The notes under the pieces: model-generated
The model's database searches: none
Seen by the model: the letters and a program-made list of their open reading frames with translations, nothing else
What the model was told of the DNA's origin: nothing
Shown here: positions 39,140 to 48,853 of the stretch, in pieces
How positions within the stretch are numbered: position 1 is the first letter of the stretch
How the letters are laid out: each line of letters starts with the position of its first letter
Translations under genes and position numbers: made by a program
Assembly (NCBI GenBank): GCA_000092065.1
Contig: CP000587.1
Reading direction: 5' to 3' (one strand)
Origin: Ostreococcus lucimarinus
Taxonomy: Eukaryota
DNA length: 64,000 bases

Positions 39140-40372
39140 CTAAGTTTTGAGTTTCTCTTTCTTTTGTCTATCTTGAATCCGAGCTGGATCGTTTCGTTTT
39201 TTCGTGCTAAATCTTCCCACGCCGTCTTCGTAGTGGTGCCTGTCACTCTTCACAATCTGCACCACGTCCTCGTCTTCCAAGTCGTGCTTGAGTCCGACGC
39301 GTTGGCCGTAGTGCTTCGGCGACGTGCCCCAGACCAAGGCGTACTTGAGCTGCCGAGGCAAATCCGCGTGAAGCTGCGCGCAGAAGTGTTTGACCGCGAT
39401 GCCACCGCGAGAATCACTCAGAACGACCGGCTCCTCGAAATCGGGCTTCGTCCCCATCTTTTTCGTGTACACGCGCACCAATCCCATGGCGTCCCACACG
39501 CGCTTCAGCAAGTAGTCCATCCCAAGATTCATGTAGCACGAGATGCAGACGGAATCTGGTCGTCGCGAAAGTGTGTTCACTTCCTCGATCGTCAACGCGT
39601 CCACCTTGTTGTACACGTACAAACAGCGCACGTACTTTCTATTCCCTTCCAAGACGTCGATGAGTTGGTCGACGTCGCAGTCCTCTCGAAACAGCACTTC
39701 GGCGTGGTGTATCTTGTACTCTTGCAACACCCGAATCACCGTCTTTTCGTCAATTTTCGTCAGCCCGCCAGGAACGGTGGAATTCAGCTGCACTCCACCC
39801 GCCTTTTTCTTCTTCCAGTAAATCCCCGGCGGCTTTTTATTCAACCGCAATCCGACGGCTTCGAGCTCGCGCGTGAGAATGTCCTTGTGCGCGTATCGCG
39901 AATTCGCCGCCTCCGACTTGCACGCATCCAGCACCATGAGAATCAAATCCGACGACTTGGCCACCGCGATAACTTGTCGTCCGCGTCCCTTACCCTCGCT
40001 CGCGCCTTCTATGATTCCAGGTAAATCCAGAAGCTGTATCTTCGCGTCGTTGTAGTGAATCACGCCGGGTATGCACGTCAGCGTGGTGAACTCGTACGCC
40101 GCCGCTTCGCTCTCCGTGCCCGTCAATTGGCTCAACAGCGTCGATTTCCCGACGGATGGAAATCCAATCAGCGCCACGCGCCCGTGCCCGTATTTCACGA
40201 CGTCGAAACCTTCGCCCGGGCCGCTTCCGGCCGCTTTCGGCGGGTTCAAGAGCTCCGACCGAAGCTTGCACAGGCGCGCCTTGAGCGCGCCCAGGTGCGA
40301 ACTCGTGGCTTTATTCTTCTGCGTGCGCGACATCTCGAGCTCGATGTCCTTGATTCGCTCCAAGATACCCAT
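39140..40372 (-). CDS. DRG: Developmentally regulated GTP-binding protein (DRG; Obg-class GTPase with TGS domain)
   Basis: MGILERIKDIELEMSRTQKNKATSSHLGALKARLCKLRSELL.. (the DRG N-terminal helix), G1 GFPSVGKST, G3 DLPGIIEGA, ..YNKVD.., and a TGS-like ..VWGTSPKHYGQRVGLKHDLEDEDVVQIVK. The ATG at 40372 was checked. A ~35-aa extension lies beyond the usual C-terminus. Confidence 0.9.
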   Translation of the reverse strand: MGILERIKDIELEMSRTQKNKATSSHLGALKARLCKLRSELLNPPKAAGSGPGEGFDVVKYGHGRVALIGFPSVGKSTLLSQLTGTESEAAAYEFTTLTCIPGVIHYNDAKIQLLDLPGIIEGASEGKGRGRQVIAVAKSSDLILMVLDACKSEAANSRYAHKDILTRELEAVGLRLNKKPPGIYWKKKKAGGVQLNSTVPGGLTKIDEKTVIRVLQEYKIHHAEVLFREDCDVDQLIDVLEGNRKYVRCLYVYNKVDALTIEEVNTLSRRPDSVCISCYMNLGMDYLLKRVWDAMGLVRVYTKKMGTKPDFEEPVVLSDSRGGIAVKHFCAQLHADLPRQLKYALVWGTSPKHYGQRVGLKHDLEDEDVVQIVKSDRHHYEDGVGRFSTKKRNDPARIQDRQKKEKLKT

Positions 40373-40595
40373 GGTGCGAGAGGTTCAAGGGGGAGACGCG
40401 GCGAACGCGCTCGCGCCGCGTTGTGGCGAACGCGCGAGCGGGACGAGCGACCGCGACCATCGCGAAACCGCGACGAGCGTACCGATGACGACAGACGGTA
40501 ATTATTGTACAAGTACACTGAAAACTACTACTATTTCGTGCGCGTCCTCGCTCGCACGGTGCGAGCGCTCGCGCCGCGGATTCGGCGCCTCGCCG

Positions 40596-41153
40596 TCAGC
40601 CGCCGCCGTCCGCCGCTTCCTTCTCGGCGCGCTTCTTCGCCCGCTGTCTCGCCTTCGCCCCCAAGCGCGTCTTCGACCGCACTTTCTTCCGCACTTTTCC
40701 ATCGCGCACCGCCGCACCGCTATCCCTCTTTTTCCCGCTTCCCTTTTCGTCTCCGCTCGCCCTCGTCCCCGTCGTCTTCGCGAACGCCCAGTCCGCCGGA
40801 TGCGAGAACCAACAATCCGCCTTCGCGCACGCCGATCCGTACGAGCACGCCGCGATTTTCTTCTCCGCGTGTCCATCCCACGCCTTGGCGTGTTCGATCA
40901 CGACGTGCTTGCCGTCGAGATAGTTTTTCGGATGCGCGTTGTAACGCAGCACGCACTCGCGCGCCTCTTTGTTTTTGCGAAAGTTGACGAACGCGAAGCC
41001 CTTGCACTCGCCCTGGGCGTCTTTGCTCATCCACACGCGCTCGATGGTGCCGGCGTCTTTCAATAACTCGCGAACGCTCGCCTCGGTGGCGGAGCGCGGG
41101 AGGTACCTGAGGTACACCTCGGTCCTGTCGACTTCACGTTCGCTCGCCGCCAT
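40596..41153 (-). CDS. RRM-domain RNA-binding protein with a CCCH-type zinc finger and a basic tail
   Basis: The ATG at ~41153 (MAASEREVDRTEVYLRYLP...) is followed by the RRM ..KGFAFVNFRKNKEARECV.. and then CSYGSACAKADCWFSHP. Confidence 0.6.
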   Translation of the reverse strand: MAASEREVDRTEVYLRYLPRSATEASVRELLKDAGTIERVWMSKDAQGECKGFAFVNFRKNKEARECVLRYNAHPKNYLDGKHVVIEHAKAWDGHAEKKIAACSYGSACAKADCWFSHPADWAFAKTTGTRASGDEKGSGKKRDSGAAVRDGKVRKKVRSKTRLGAKARQRAKKRAEKEAADGGG

Positions 41154-41275
41154 GGCGAGTCGAACAGTGCGGCGCGGGGGGCCGCGCGCCGACGCTCGCC
41201 GATGGTGTTCTAAGTGACTATTACAAACTAATTTACGATCGAACGAGCGTTTGAGGAACGGGTCACGATCCTTTC

Positions 41276-42010
41276 TCATTCGTCCATGCGCGGCGACGAG
41301 ACGAAAAAGCCGTCGCTGTCGAAGAGGCGCTCCATCGAGCTCGCGCGCGCGATGTTCAACGTTTCGGCGAAAGCCTCGTCGTCGTACCCTTTGGCGTCGA
41401 TCGTCATCCCCGTGAACGAGCCGTCGACGCCCGAGAGACTTTGTAAAAACTCCTTCGACGCGCTGTCGAGATGCGGACCCCTGGGCGTGCTGAGCGTCGA
41501 CGTCAACTCTTCGTTTCGCGCGCGCAACTCTTCGTACTCGGCGCGCAACGCCTCCACCTCCGCGGACAGCGCGTTCACCCTCGTCAACGTCTCCTCGCAC
41601 GTCTGCTCTAACTCCACCATTCTCCGCATCTTCTTCATCCTCGATTTGGCCGCCGACAACCGATTCGCCTGCATCCTCCTCTCTCTCTTCTCCTCCTCCG
41701 TCGTCGTCCCCCCGTTCGCCCCCCTCGGCTCCTCGAGCACCGTGCGCAGCGACGGCTCGTGCGCGTCCGCCTGCGAGTACGACCGCGCCCGCGCGTGATG
41801 CGCCGGCGCCCCGATCACCGTCGGCGGCAATCCCTGCCGCGCGCTCGTCTCGCGCCCCTTATCGCTCCCGCCTCGTCCCGCCTCGCGCGCCCACGCGCTC
41901 GTCTGCGCGCTCTCCAGGCTCTCGCTCAGCGACCGCTCGTGTCTCGGCGCCCCCCACTCGCGCTCGCCGTTCGCCTCCGCGCGCGGGCTCGCGAGCGGCG
42001 ATATCTCCGA
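41276..42010 (-). CDS. bZIP transcription factor
   Basis: Basic region and leucine zipper: ..EEKRERRMQANRLSAAKSRMKKMRRMVELEQTCEETLTRVNALSAEVEALRAEYEELRARNEEL... The probable start is MSEISPLASP (~42010). The upstream in-frame part of the track ORF is a (TNER)n / RTRE low-complexity run from a (CGTT)n repeat. Confidence 0.7.
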   Translation of the reverse strand, partial: SEISPLASPRAEANGEREWGAPRHERSLSESLESAQTSAWAREAGRGGSDKGRETSARQGLPPTVIGAPAHHARARSYSQADAHEPSLRTVLEEPRGANGGTTTEEEKRERRMQANRLSAAKSRMKKMRRMVELEQTCEETLTRVNALSAEVEALRAEYEELRARNEELTSTLSTPRGPHLDSASKEFLQSLSGVDGSFTGMTIDAKGYDDEAFAETLNIARASSMERLFDSDGFFVSSPRMDE

Positions 42011-42020
42011 CATCCCTCGC

Positions 42021-42090
42021 GTTCGTTCGCGCGTTCGTTCGCGCGTTCGTTCGTTCGTTCGTTCGTTCGTTCGTTCGTTCGTTCGCGCGT
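42021..42090. repeat. (CGTT)n / (CGTTCGCG)n simple repeat
   Basis: cgttcgttcgcgcgttcgttcgcgcgttcgttcgttcgttcgttcgttcg... read directly. All three minus-strand frames read through it in the track as RTNE / NERA / TNAR tracts. A related (CGTT/GGTT)n tract is at ~46910-46948. Confidence 0.85.
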
Positions 42091-42273
42091 TCGCGCCTCT
42101 CGACGAAACGCGCCCTCGATCCGCGCGACGCCCTCGATCGCGCCCTCGATCGCGCCCTCCCGCTTCCCGCTTCCCGCGCCGCGCGCGTCGTTCCGACGCG
42201 TCGAGACGCGCGCGCGCCGACCCAATCCATCCCACGCGCGCGCGCGTTCGAACGAATCCTCCGACGTACTCGG

Positions 42274-42293
42274 CTAAACCCTAAACCCTAAAC
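42274..42293 (+). promoter_or_regulatory. Interstitial telomere-like repeat (CCCTAAA)x2.7, a plant telo-box-like AAACCCTAA, followed by A10, ~240 bp upstream of the eIF3a ATG
   Basis: ggctaaaccctaaaccctaaacgcgctttcgtcgaaaaaaaaaataaagATG read directly. It is the only such string in the window. Confidence 0.5.
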
Positions 42294-42531
42294 GCGCTTT
42301 CGTCGAAAAAAAAAATAAAGATGGCGCGCGACGCGCCCGCGATACGCGACGAAACGACGCGATCGGCCGTCGTATTACAGACGCGCGCACGGCGAACGCG
42401 ACGACGACGCGAGGATCGACCGACCGAACGAACACACGGACCGTCGCGATCGCGGCGGCGACGGCGGCCCGCGCGATCGATCGGCGAGCGGCGCGCGGCA
42501 GACGACGGCGCGGCGTCGGGCGACGGGCGCG

Positions 42532-45500
42532 ATGTCGCGGTACATGGGGAACTTCGCGCGACCGGAGAACGCGATCAAGCGCGCGGTGCGCGCGACGCGA
42601 CGACGACGACGCGACGCGGGACGACGACCGACGGGGGACGGGAGAGGGTTTGGATTTGAGATTCGAGCGCGCGGCGACGACGGGAGGGGCGAAGCGAAAG
42701 GACGAGGGCGCGCGAAGACTGACGAGACGTCGCATCGATCGGACGCGCGGTGCAGGAGGAGCTGATCAACGTGGGACAGAAGCAGGCGGCGCTGCTGTCG
42801 CTGCACGAAATCGTCACCAGTCGGCGAAACAGGCAGTGGACCAAGGTTCTCGAGGAGGTCATGTTCAAGTACGTCGAGCTGTGCGTCGAGCTGAAGAAGG
42901 GCAGGCTGTGTAAGGATGGGTTGATGCAATATCGCAACACGTGCTTGCTGGTGAACGTGCAGTCGCTCGAGGAGGTGGTGAAGCGATTTTTGAAGCTCTC
43001 GACGGAACGCGCGGAGACGGCGCAGGCGGAGTTCGGCGCTACTCTCGACGCGGACGTCGATCTCGAGGCCGAGTTCACGCCAGAGTCGCTGTTGGCGAAG
43101 GCGTATCGACTCGACCACGAGAACGAGGCGACGGAAAAGGAAACGGTGACGCCGTGGTTCAAGTTTTTGTGGGAAACGTATCGCAACTTGCTCGACATCT
43201 TACGCAACAACAACAAGCTCGAGGGTTTGTACGCCATGGTCGTGAAGGACGTGTTCAAGTTTTGCCTCAAGCACAAGCGCACGACCGAATTCAGGCGCGC
43301 GTGCGACTTGATGCGAACGCACTTGAACAACATGGTCAAGTACAAGGATATGCGCGACAGACCGGATTTGAGCTTACCCGAGACGCAAAATCTCTACATG
43401 GAAGTGCGTTTCGAACAGCTGAAGGCGGCTACGACGCTTGAAATGTGGCAAGAAGCGTTCCGATCGATCGAAGACATTCACGGGTTGATGCTCTTGCTTC
43501 GCCGTTCGCCCAAGCCGCAGATGATGGCGTTGTACTTTGCCAAGTTGACGGAAATTTTCTGGATTGGTAAAAATTACCTCCACGCCGCGTACGCGTGGAT
43601 GAAGCTTTACAGCGTTAGTAAAACGTATAACCGCAGCTTGACCCCTGAAGACGAACGCGCGTTGGCTTCGGGTGTCGTGTTGGCGACGATGTGCATAACG
43701 CCGTACACTGAAAAGTCCGTCTTTGGCGACATGGACTCCGATCATCAATTCGATCGCGACTCTCGCATGGCAAGTTTGCTCGGTTACCACATCGATCGTA
43801 GTCGCAGCATCAGCGATGTGCTCTCGCGTGAATTGTTGGCGGCCGAGATCAAGCGCAGCGGTTTGTTGGCCAAGGTGGACGACGACGTCAAGCGTTTGTA
43901 CGCCCTCATGGAGCAAAGCTTTTCCCCGCTCGATCTGTGCAAGAAGGCTGACGTGTTGTTTAACGTGTTACAAGGCACGACAATTGAAGTCAGTGAAGCC
44001 TCGCCGGTTTCCTCTTTCGACTTCAACTCGTTCTTACCGAGACTGAGATCGCTCGGCATTATTCGCATGGTGCACCAGCAATCCAAGGTGTTCGAGACGA
44101 TGAAGATTGATTCTTTGAAATCCTCCGTGCCGTTCATGCCGTATCACGAAGTCGAGCGTATTCTCGTACAAGCGATTCGAAGTGATTACATTTCCGTTCG
44201 AATCGACCACGAGACTGGATCGATGAACTTTGTCGGCGATCGCCTCGAGACGGGTTTCGTCAAGACGCACCTCTCTCGCGCCGCTCGTCTTTTGCAAGAA
44301 GGCATGAGCAAGCTCGCGCCCAAGACACCCGCCGATGTCGGCGCTCGTGTACTCGGTGCCGAATTGCGCGCCGCCATCGAGGCCGAACACAAGCGTGCGC
44401 TGGCGCGCAAGGTGGTCATCGAGCGCCGCAAGGAGGAAGCCGAGCGCGCCGCCGCTGAGCAAGAAAAGGAGGAAGAGGCTAAGCGCGTCGCCGCGCAGCG
44501 CAAGCACGAAGAAAACGAGGCCAAGCGCCTCGAACAAGAAGCTCGTGCTCGCGAAGAGAAGAGAATTCGTGCGGAAATGGAGGAAAAAGAGAAACAAGAG
44601 GCTCTCGAGTTGCTCGCCGAGCAAGCCAAGCGCGCTGGCAAAAAGGCGCCGATTGTCCTCGAGGAGGGCGTCGTCCTCGACAAGCGAGCCATCATGCAAG
44701 ATGCTATTCAAGAACAAATCAAGGCGCGTCAAGAGCAAGAACGCAAATTGAACAGTCTCGCTAAACGCATGGATCACGTCGAACGTGCCAAGCGCGAAGA
44801 AAGTATCAGTCTCATCGAGAAGGCGTACAAGGAGCGATCGGTGGATGACGAAAAGTACCACGCCGAACAACAAGTCGCGATGGCTGCGAAACATCGCGCC
44901 AAGTGGGAGGCGGAGAGCGCAGAAAAGCAGCGTTTGATGCGTATGGAAGGTCCGCGTGCCGAGTTCGCGCGTGGTGTCATGATTCGTCGGGCCGAGCAAT
45001 TCGCCGCTCAAGAGGAGGAACGCGCGAGAAAGCTCGAGCAAATGAAGAAGCACAAGGAGGCTGAACGCTTGCTCCAAGCGAAAAAAGATTACATCAAGCG
45101 TCTCCAAGACATCGAGGCTGCGGTGAAGCACGAAAAGCGCGAAAAGGATCGCATCGCGCAAGCTGAAAGACGTCGTCAACAAGAAGAAGAGGAAGCTGCT
45201 AGAAGACAACGCGAACAACCGCCGGCACGCGGCGGCGACGATCGCTGGGGCGCGTTCGCTGGGAGCGCGTTCGGCGAGCGTCGTCGGGTCGACGAAGCCC
45301 CAGCGCGACCTCCGTCAGGTGGTAGCCGATGGGAACCGTCAAGAGGTGGTGATCGTTACGAGCCTCGTCGCGACGACGGCCGGGGCGGCGGATTCGGAGA
45401 TCGCGATCGCGCGCCGTCGAATAGATGGGAGCGAGGCGGCGGCGATCGCCCGCCGTCGAGAAGCGGCGATGACCGCCCGCCGTCGAGAAGTGGCGGTGCT

Positions 45501-45563
45501 GACGATGGGAAATATCGCCCGCCTCGACGCGACGATGCACCGTCTAGAGGAGGAGGTTGGTAG
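42532..45563 (+). CDS. EIF3A: Eukaryotic translation initiation factor 3 subunit A (PCI domain plus long charged helical tail and an RG/RD-rich C-terminus), two exons, ~42532..42585 and ~42756..45563
   Basis: Exon 1 is MSRYMGNFARPENAIKRA (the eIF3a N-terminus is M..YF.RPENALKRA), ending at a GTGCGC donor. A ~170-nt intron has a GAAGACTGACGAG branch and a GTGCAG acceptor. Exon 2 is EELINVGQKQAALLSLHEIVTSRRNRQWTKVLEEVMFKYVELCVELKKGRLCKDGLMQYRN..., colinear with eIF3a including the PCI region. Both parts are anchored to track ORFs 42532..42765 and 42750..45563. Confidence 0.9.
42586..42755 (+). other. eIF3a intron (GTGCGC...CAG)
   Basis: It shares GGGTTTGGAT..GAG..GCGCGG and ..GACTGACGA.. with the transketolase intron. 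Confidence 0.8.
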
Positions 45564-45644
45564 ACACCGCAAACAACATCGCTTCACATTGATTGTAAAT
45601 CGAGAGCATCGATCGTCACATTTGCCGTCACATCCATTCATTCA

Positions 45645-46301
45645 TCACGCTCGGCGCCGCGTCATGTGCACCGAATCTATATTAATGTTACGCGTCAGCG
45701 CTCGCGCGCGCAAAAATTTGAAAATATTCTCCAAGAGCGCTTCACAAACCTCGGCCGACGCCCCGGAGCCGGAGACGCCGAGATACGTAATCGAATACGT
45801 CGCGTCTCCGGTCTTTTCCACGTGCTTTTGAAGTCGCCCGATCCCCGACCCCGACGTGCACTTGTAATACGCTCTTGGATACTTCTGCCCACTCAAAAAC
45901 TTATTTCCGTACTTGCGCCATCGAAACCCATCGTCCAGCCGAGTCGGATCTTCGCTCGTTTTCACCTCGACGATGCGCGCGTCGCCGCGCGCCGTCGCCG
46001 TCGTCGCCGTCGCCGTCGTCATCTCGCGCCGCTTCCGCGACGATTTCGCCGTCGACCGCGCCTTCTTCACCCCCCCCTCCTCCGACGCGCGACTCAGCGG
46101 CGCCCTCACCCCCCTCCCACCCTCCCCGCGTCCCTCCGCGAACCCCACGCACAGCGCCTCGAGCGATCGCTCGAATTTCTCCAGCCGTCCCCCGAACGTC
46201 CCATTCGGATCGTCGTTCTGATCCCGCGCCTCCCAGAACCCGTCGTCGTCCAGCGCGCTCCACGTCGACGTCCCCTCGCGCGCCGCGCGCGTCGTCCCCA
46301 T
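45645..46301 (-). CDS. WRKY-like DNA-binding domain protein with a divergent domain that lacks the C2H2 zinc ligands
   Basis: ..DDGFRWRKYGNKFLSGQKYPRAYYKCTSGSGIGRLQKHVEKTGDATYSITYLGVSGSG... The WRKYGQK-type heptad (WRKYGNK) and PR.YYKCT are conserved. The second Cys and the HxH are replaced. The probable ATG is at ~46301 (MGTTRAAREG..). Confidence 0.55.
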   Translation of the reverse strand: MGTTRAAREGTSTWSALDDDGFWEARDQNDDPNGTFGGRLEKFERSLEALCVGFAEGRGEGGRGVRAPLSRASEEGGVKKARSTAKSSRKRREMTTATATTATARGDARIVEVKTSEDPTRLDDGFRWRKYGNKFLSGQKYPRAYYKCTSGSGIGRLQKHVEKTGDATYSITYLGVSGSGASAEVCEALLENIFKFLRARALTRNINIDSVHMTRRRA

Positions 46302-46486
46302 CGCCGATCGCGCCTCCCCGTCGTCCCCGCGCGTCGTCCGCGCGACGCTAAACATAGCCGCCTCGTCGTCCTCGCGCGCCGCGCGCGTCGTCGCCGCCGC
46401 CGACCCGCGTCCTCGTCGACGCCCTCGCGCTCGACGCGCGCGTCACTATTATTATTATCGCGTGTCCACCGATCGCGTTTTCGTCC

Positions 46487-46487
<1 letters not shown>

Positions 46488-46519
<32 letters not shown>

Positions 46520-46520
46520 C
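46488..46520. repeat. (TCG)n trinucleotide microsatellite, ~11 units
   Basis: ctcgtcgtcgtcgtcgtcgtcgtcgtcgtcgtcc read directly. Confidence 0.9.
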
Positions 46521-46909
46521 GCCTCGAGTCCGCGTGTGCGACCGGCGCCGATCGCGCGCGTCGCGAATATCTCGTGGAAAACGATCCCTCACTGATATTC
46601 ATACCCACGCGTCAGACCCGTTTTTTTTTTTCGCGCGCGTCGCGCACGCACGAGGTCGTACGTCACACACCGCGAGCGGTATCGAATGAAACCCGAGTCG
46701 TAAAATCGGTCGGTCGCCGCGGTCGGCACCGCGCGCGCGCGGTCGTCGCGATTCGCCGGGACGCGCGCGTCGTCGCCTCGATCGCGCGGTCGCGCGCGCC
46801 GCACACGTCGTCGACGACGGCGCGATCGCGTCGAATCGAATCGATCGCGCGCGGGCGCGCGGGTCGAGGGCGTCGGCGCGAGGGACGCGCGCGAGCGACG
46901 CGCGCGATC

Positions 46910-47005
46910 GTCGTTCGTTCGTTGGTTCGTTCGTTCGTTGGTTCGTTGGTCGATTGATTGATTGATTGCTCGATCGCGCGCTCGATCGGTCGATCGGTCG
47001 GTCGC
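46910..47005. repeat. Composite simple-repeat block, (CGTT/GGTT)n then (GATTG)n then (GATCGGTC)n, in the WRKY/B56 divergent intergenic region
   Basis: tcgttcgttcgttggttcgttcgttcgttggttcgttggtcgattgattgattgattgctcgatcgcgcgctcgatcggtcgatcggtcggtcg read directly. It lies ~110 bp upstream of the B56 ATG. Confidence 0.85.
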
Positions 47006-47079
47006 GCGCGCGAACGCGAACGGAACGCGCGCGATCGGCGCGGAATCGCGCGCGCGCGGCGCGGCGGCGACGGGTCGCG

Positions 47080-48672
47080 ATGCTGCGAAACGTGAAGAAG
47101 CAGTTGAGCGGGCTCGGGCGAGGGAGCGGGAAGCGAGAGGGCGAGGACGGGGCGAACGATTCGGGAGGAGACGGGACGACGACGACGCGCGGTGGTCGAG
47201 GGGGATCGAGGTCGACGTCGCCGGCGAACGGGAAGTCGAGCGGGAGCGGGACGAACGACGCGGGCGTGTTTAATCGAATGGCGGGCGCGGCGGCGTCCGC
47301 CGCGGGCGGGTTTCGGGCGTTTAGTTCGCTCAGGGTTGGATCTAGGGAAGGGTCGAGGCACGGGCAAAACGGTCTACCGAGCATGGAGGTGTTGTACGAT
47401 AAGAATAAGCCGTTGTTTTTGTTCAGAGACGTACCCGTGAACGAACGAGCGGCGTTGTTTGGGAAAAAGTTACAGCTGTGTTCGTATTGTTTCGATTTCA
47501 CCGATCCCGCGATCGACGCGAGGGAGAAGGAAATCAAGCGTCAGACGTTGATCGAGATCGTGGACTACGTCAATCAAGGCACGGGGCGGTTCACGGAGCA
47601 AGTGCTGGAACACATCAACTTCATGCTGGCGCAGAATTTGTTCCGCACGTTGCCGCCGACGAGCTCGGAGCAGACGGGACTGGTGAACGCGGCGATGTTC
47701 GACCCAGAAGAAGAAGAGCCGAGCCTCGAGCCGTCTTGGCCGCACTTGCAAATCGTGTACGAATTCTTGTTGCGTTACGTCGTTTCCAACGACATTGACA
47801 TTAAAAACGGGAAGACGTACATCGATCAATCCTTCGTGCTCAGGCTTTTAGAGTTGTTTGACAGCGAAGACCCGCGGGAGCGCGATTACTTGAAGACGAT
47901 TTTGCACAGAATTTACGGGAAATTCATGATCCATCGGCCGTTCATCCGTCAGGCGATCAATAATATCTTCTTCCGCTTCATTTATGAGACGGAGAAACAC
48001 AACGGAATCGCGGAGTTGCTCGAAATTTTGGGATCAATCATCAACGGGTTCGCGCTGCCGCTCAAGGACGAACACAAAACGTTCTTAAAGCGCGCTTTGT
48101 TGCCGTTACACAAGCCGAAGTGCGTCGGAATGTATCACTCGCAACTCGTTTACTGCGTGACCCAATTCGTCGAAAAGGATCCGCGCATGGCCGACGTCGT
48201 CATTCGCGGTTTGCTCAAGTACTGGCCCGTTACGAATTCCCAGAAAGAAGTGCTCATCTTGGGAGAGTTGGAAGAGGTGTTAGAGCTCACGCAAAGCGCG
48301 CAGTTTGCCAACGTCATGGTGCCGCTGTTCAAACAAATATCCTTCTGCATCAACTCCACGCACTTCCAAGTCGCCGAAAGAGCGCTGTTTTTGTGGAACA
48401 ACGACTACATTGTCAACCTGGTGGCGCAACATCGCCACGCGTTGCTTCCCGTCTGCTTCGGTGCGCTCGAAAAGAACGCCGTCGGACATTGGAACCCAGT
48501 CGTGGGCGGATTAACCATAAACGTCCGCAAGATGCTTCAAGAGATGGACCCCGAGCTCTTCGCGCAGTGTCGCGAGCGTTGGTTGGCGGATCAAGAGCGT
48601 CTCGCTGAGGACGAAAAAGCTCGCCAAGCGCGCTGGTCTCGCGTCGAAAGACTCGCCGGCGCTTCTGCATGA
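47080..48672 (+). CDS. PP2A-B56: Protein phosphatase 2A regulatory subunit B' (B56 family)
   Basis: ..[30 protein letters not shown].. then ..[10 protein letters not shown]..., ..[105 protein letters not shown].. are the B56 core. The ATG at ~47080 (MLRNVKKQ) follows a G/S/R-rich region. Confidence 0.9.
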   Translation: MLRNVKKQLSGLGRGSGKREGEDGANDSGGDGTTTTRGGRGGSRSTSPANGKSSGSGTNDAGVFNRMAGAAASAAGGFRAFSSLRVGSREGSRHGQNGLPSMEVLYDKNKPLFLFRDVPVNERAALFGKKLQLCSYCFDFTDPAIDAREKEIKRQTLIEIVDYVNQGTGRFTEQVLEHINFMLAQNLFRTLPPTSSEQTGLVNAAMFDPEEEEPSLEPSWPHLQIVYEFLLRYVVSNDIDIKNGKTYIDQSFVLRLLELFDSEDPRERDYLKTILHRIYGKFMIHRPFIRQAINNIFFRFIYETEKHNGIAELLEILGSIINGFALPLKDEHKTFLKRALLPLHKPKCVGMYHSQLVYCVTQFVEKDPRMADVVIRGLLKYWPVTNSQKEVLILGELEEVLELTQSAQFANVMVPLFKQISFCINSTHFQVAERALFLWNNDYIVNLVAQHRHALLPVCFGALEKNAVGHWNPVVGGLTINVRKMLQEMDPELFAQCRERWLADQERLAEDEKARQARWSRVERLAGASA

Positions 48673-48853
48673 AGTTGACATAGTGCATTTAGACTTAGAC
48701 GCTCGCTCGCTTTCGTTTGTAATCGAGCGCGAGCGACCCGACGCCCGGAAAGCGCGCCCAAGGCTCCCCCCGCGTTGTCCTCACTCCCGCGCGTGCGCCT
48801 CCATCCTCGCGCCGAGCCCGTTCGTGAAGGACGCACGTGTAATTTCGAACGTT

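Noticed and set aside
39140-39250. Possible intron removing the ~35-aa C-terminal extension of DRG (..VVQIVKSDRHHYEDGVGRFSTKKRNDPARIQDRQKKEKLKT).
   Set aside because: There is no GT donor at the expected ..QIVK boundary and no branch/acceptor pair. The simplest reading is a genuine lineage-specific basic tail.
42021-42090. The (TNER)n / (NERA)n peptide repeats as a genuine repeat-protein domain.
   Set aside because: They arise from a (CGTT)n DNA microsatellite read in all three frames in the track. The bZIP protein most plausibly starts at the ATG downstream of it (MSEISPLASP).
45645-45800. A hidden intron in the WRKY-like gene that would restore the missing Cys/HxH zinc ligands. The GTTTGT...GCTGACGCGTAACATTAATATAG stretch looked intron-like.
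   Set aside because: None of the three downstream frames supplies an HxH motif, so I have left the model intron-less. The branch-like GCTGAC and AT-rich tail could simply be 3' UTR.
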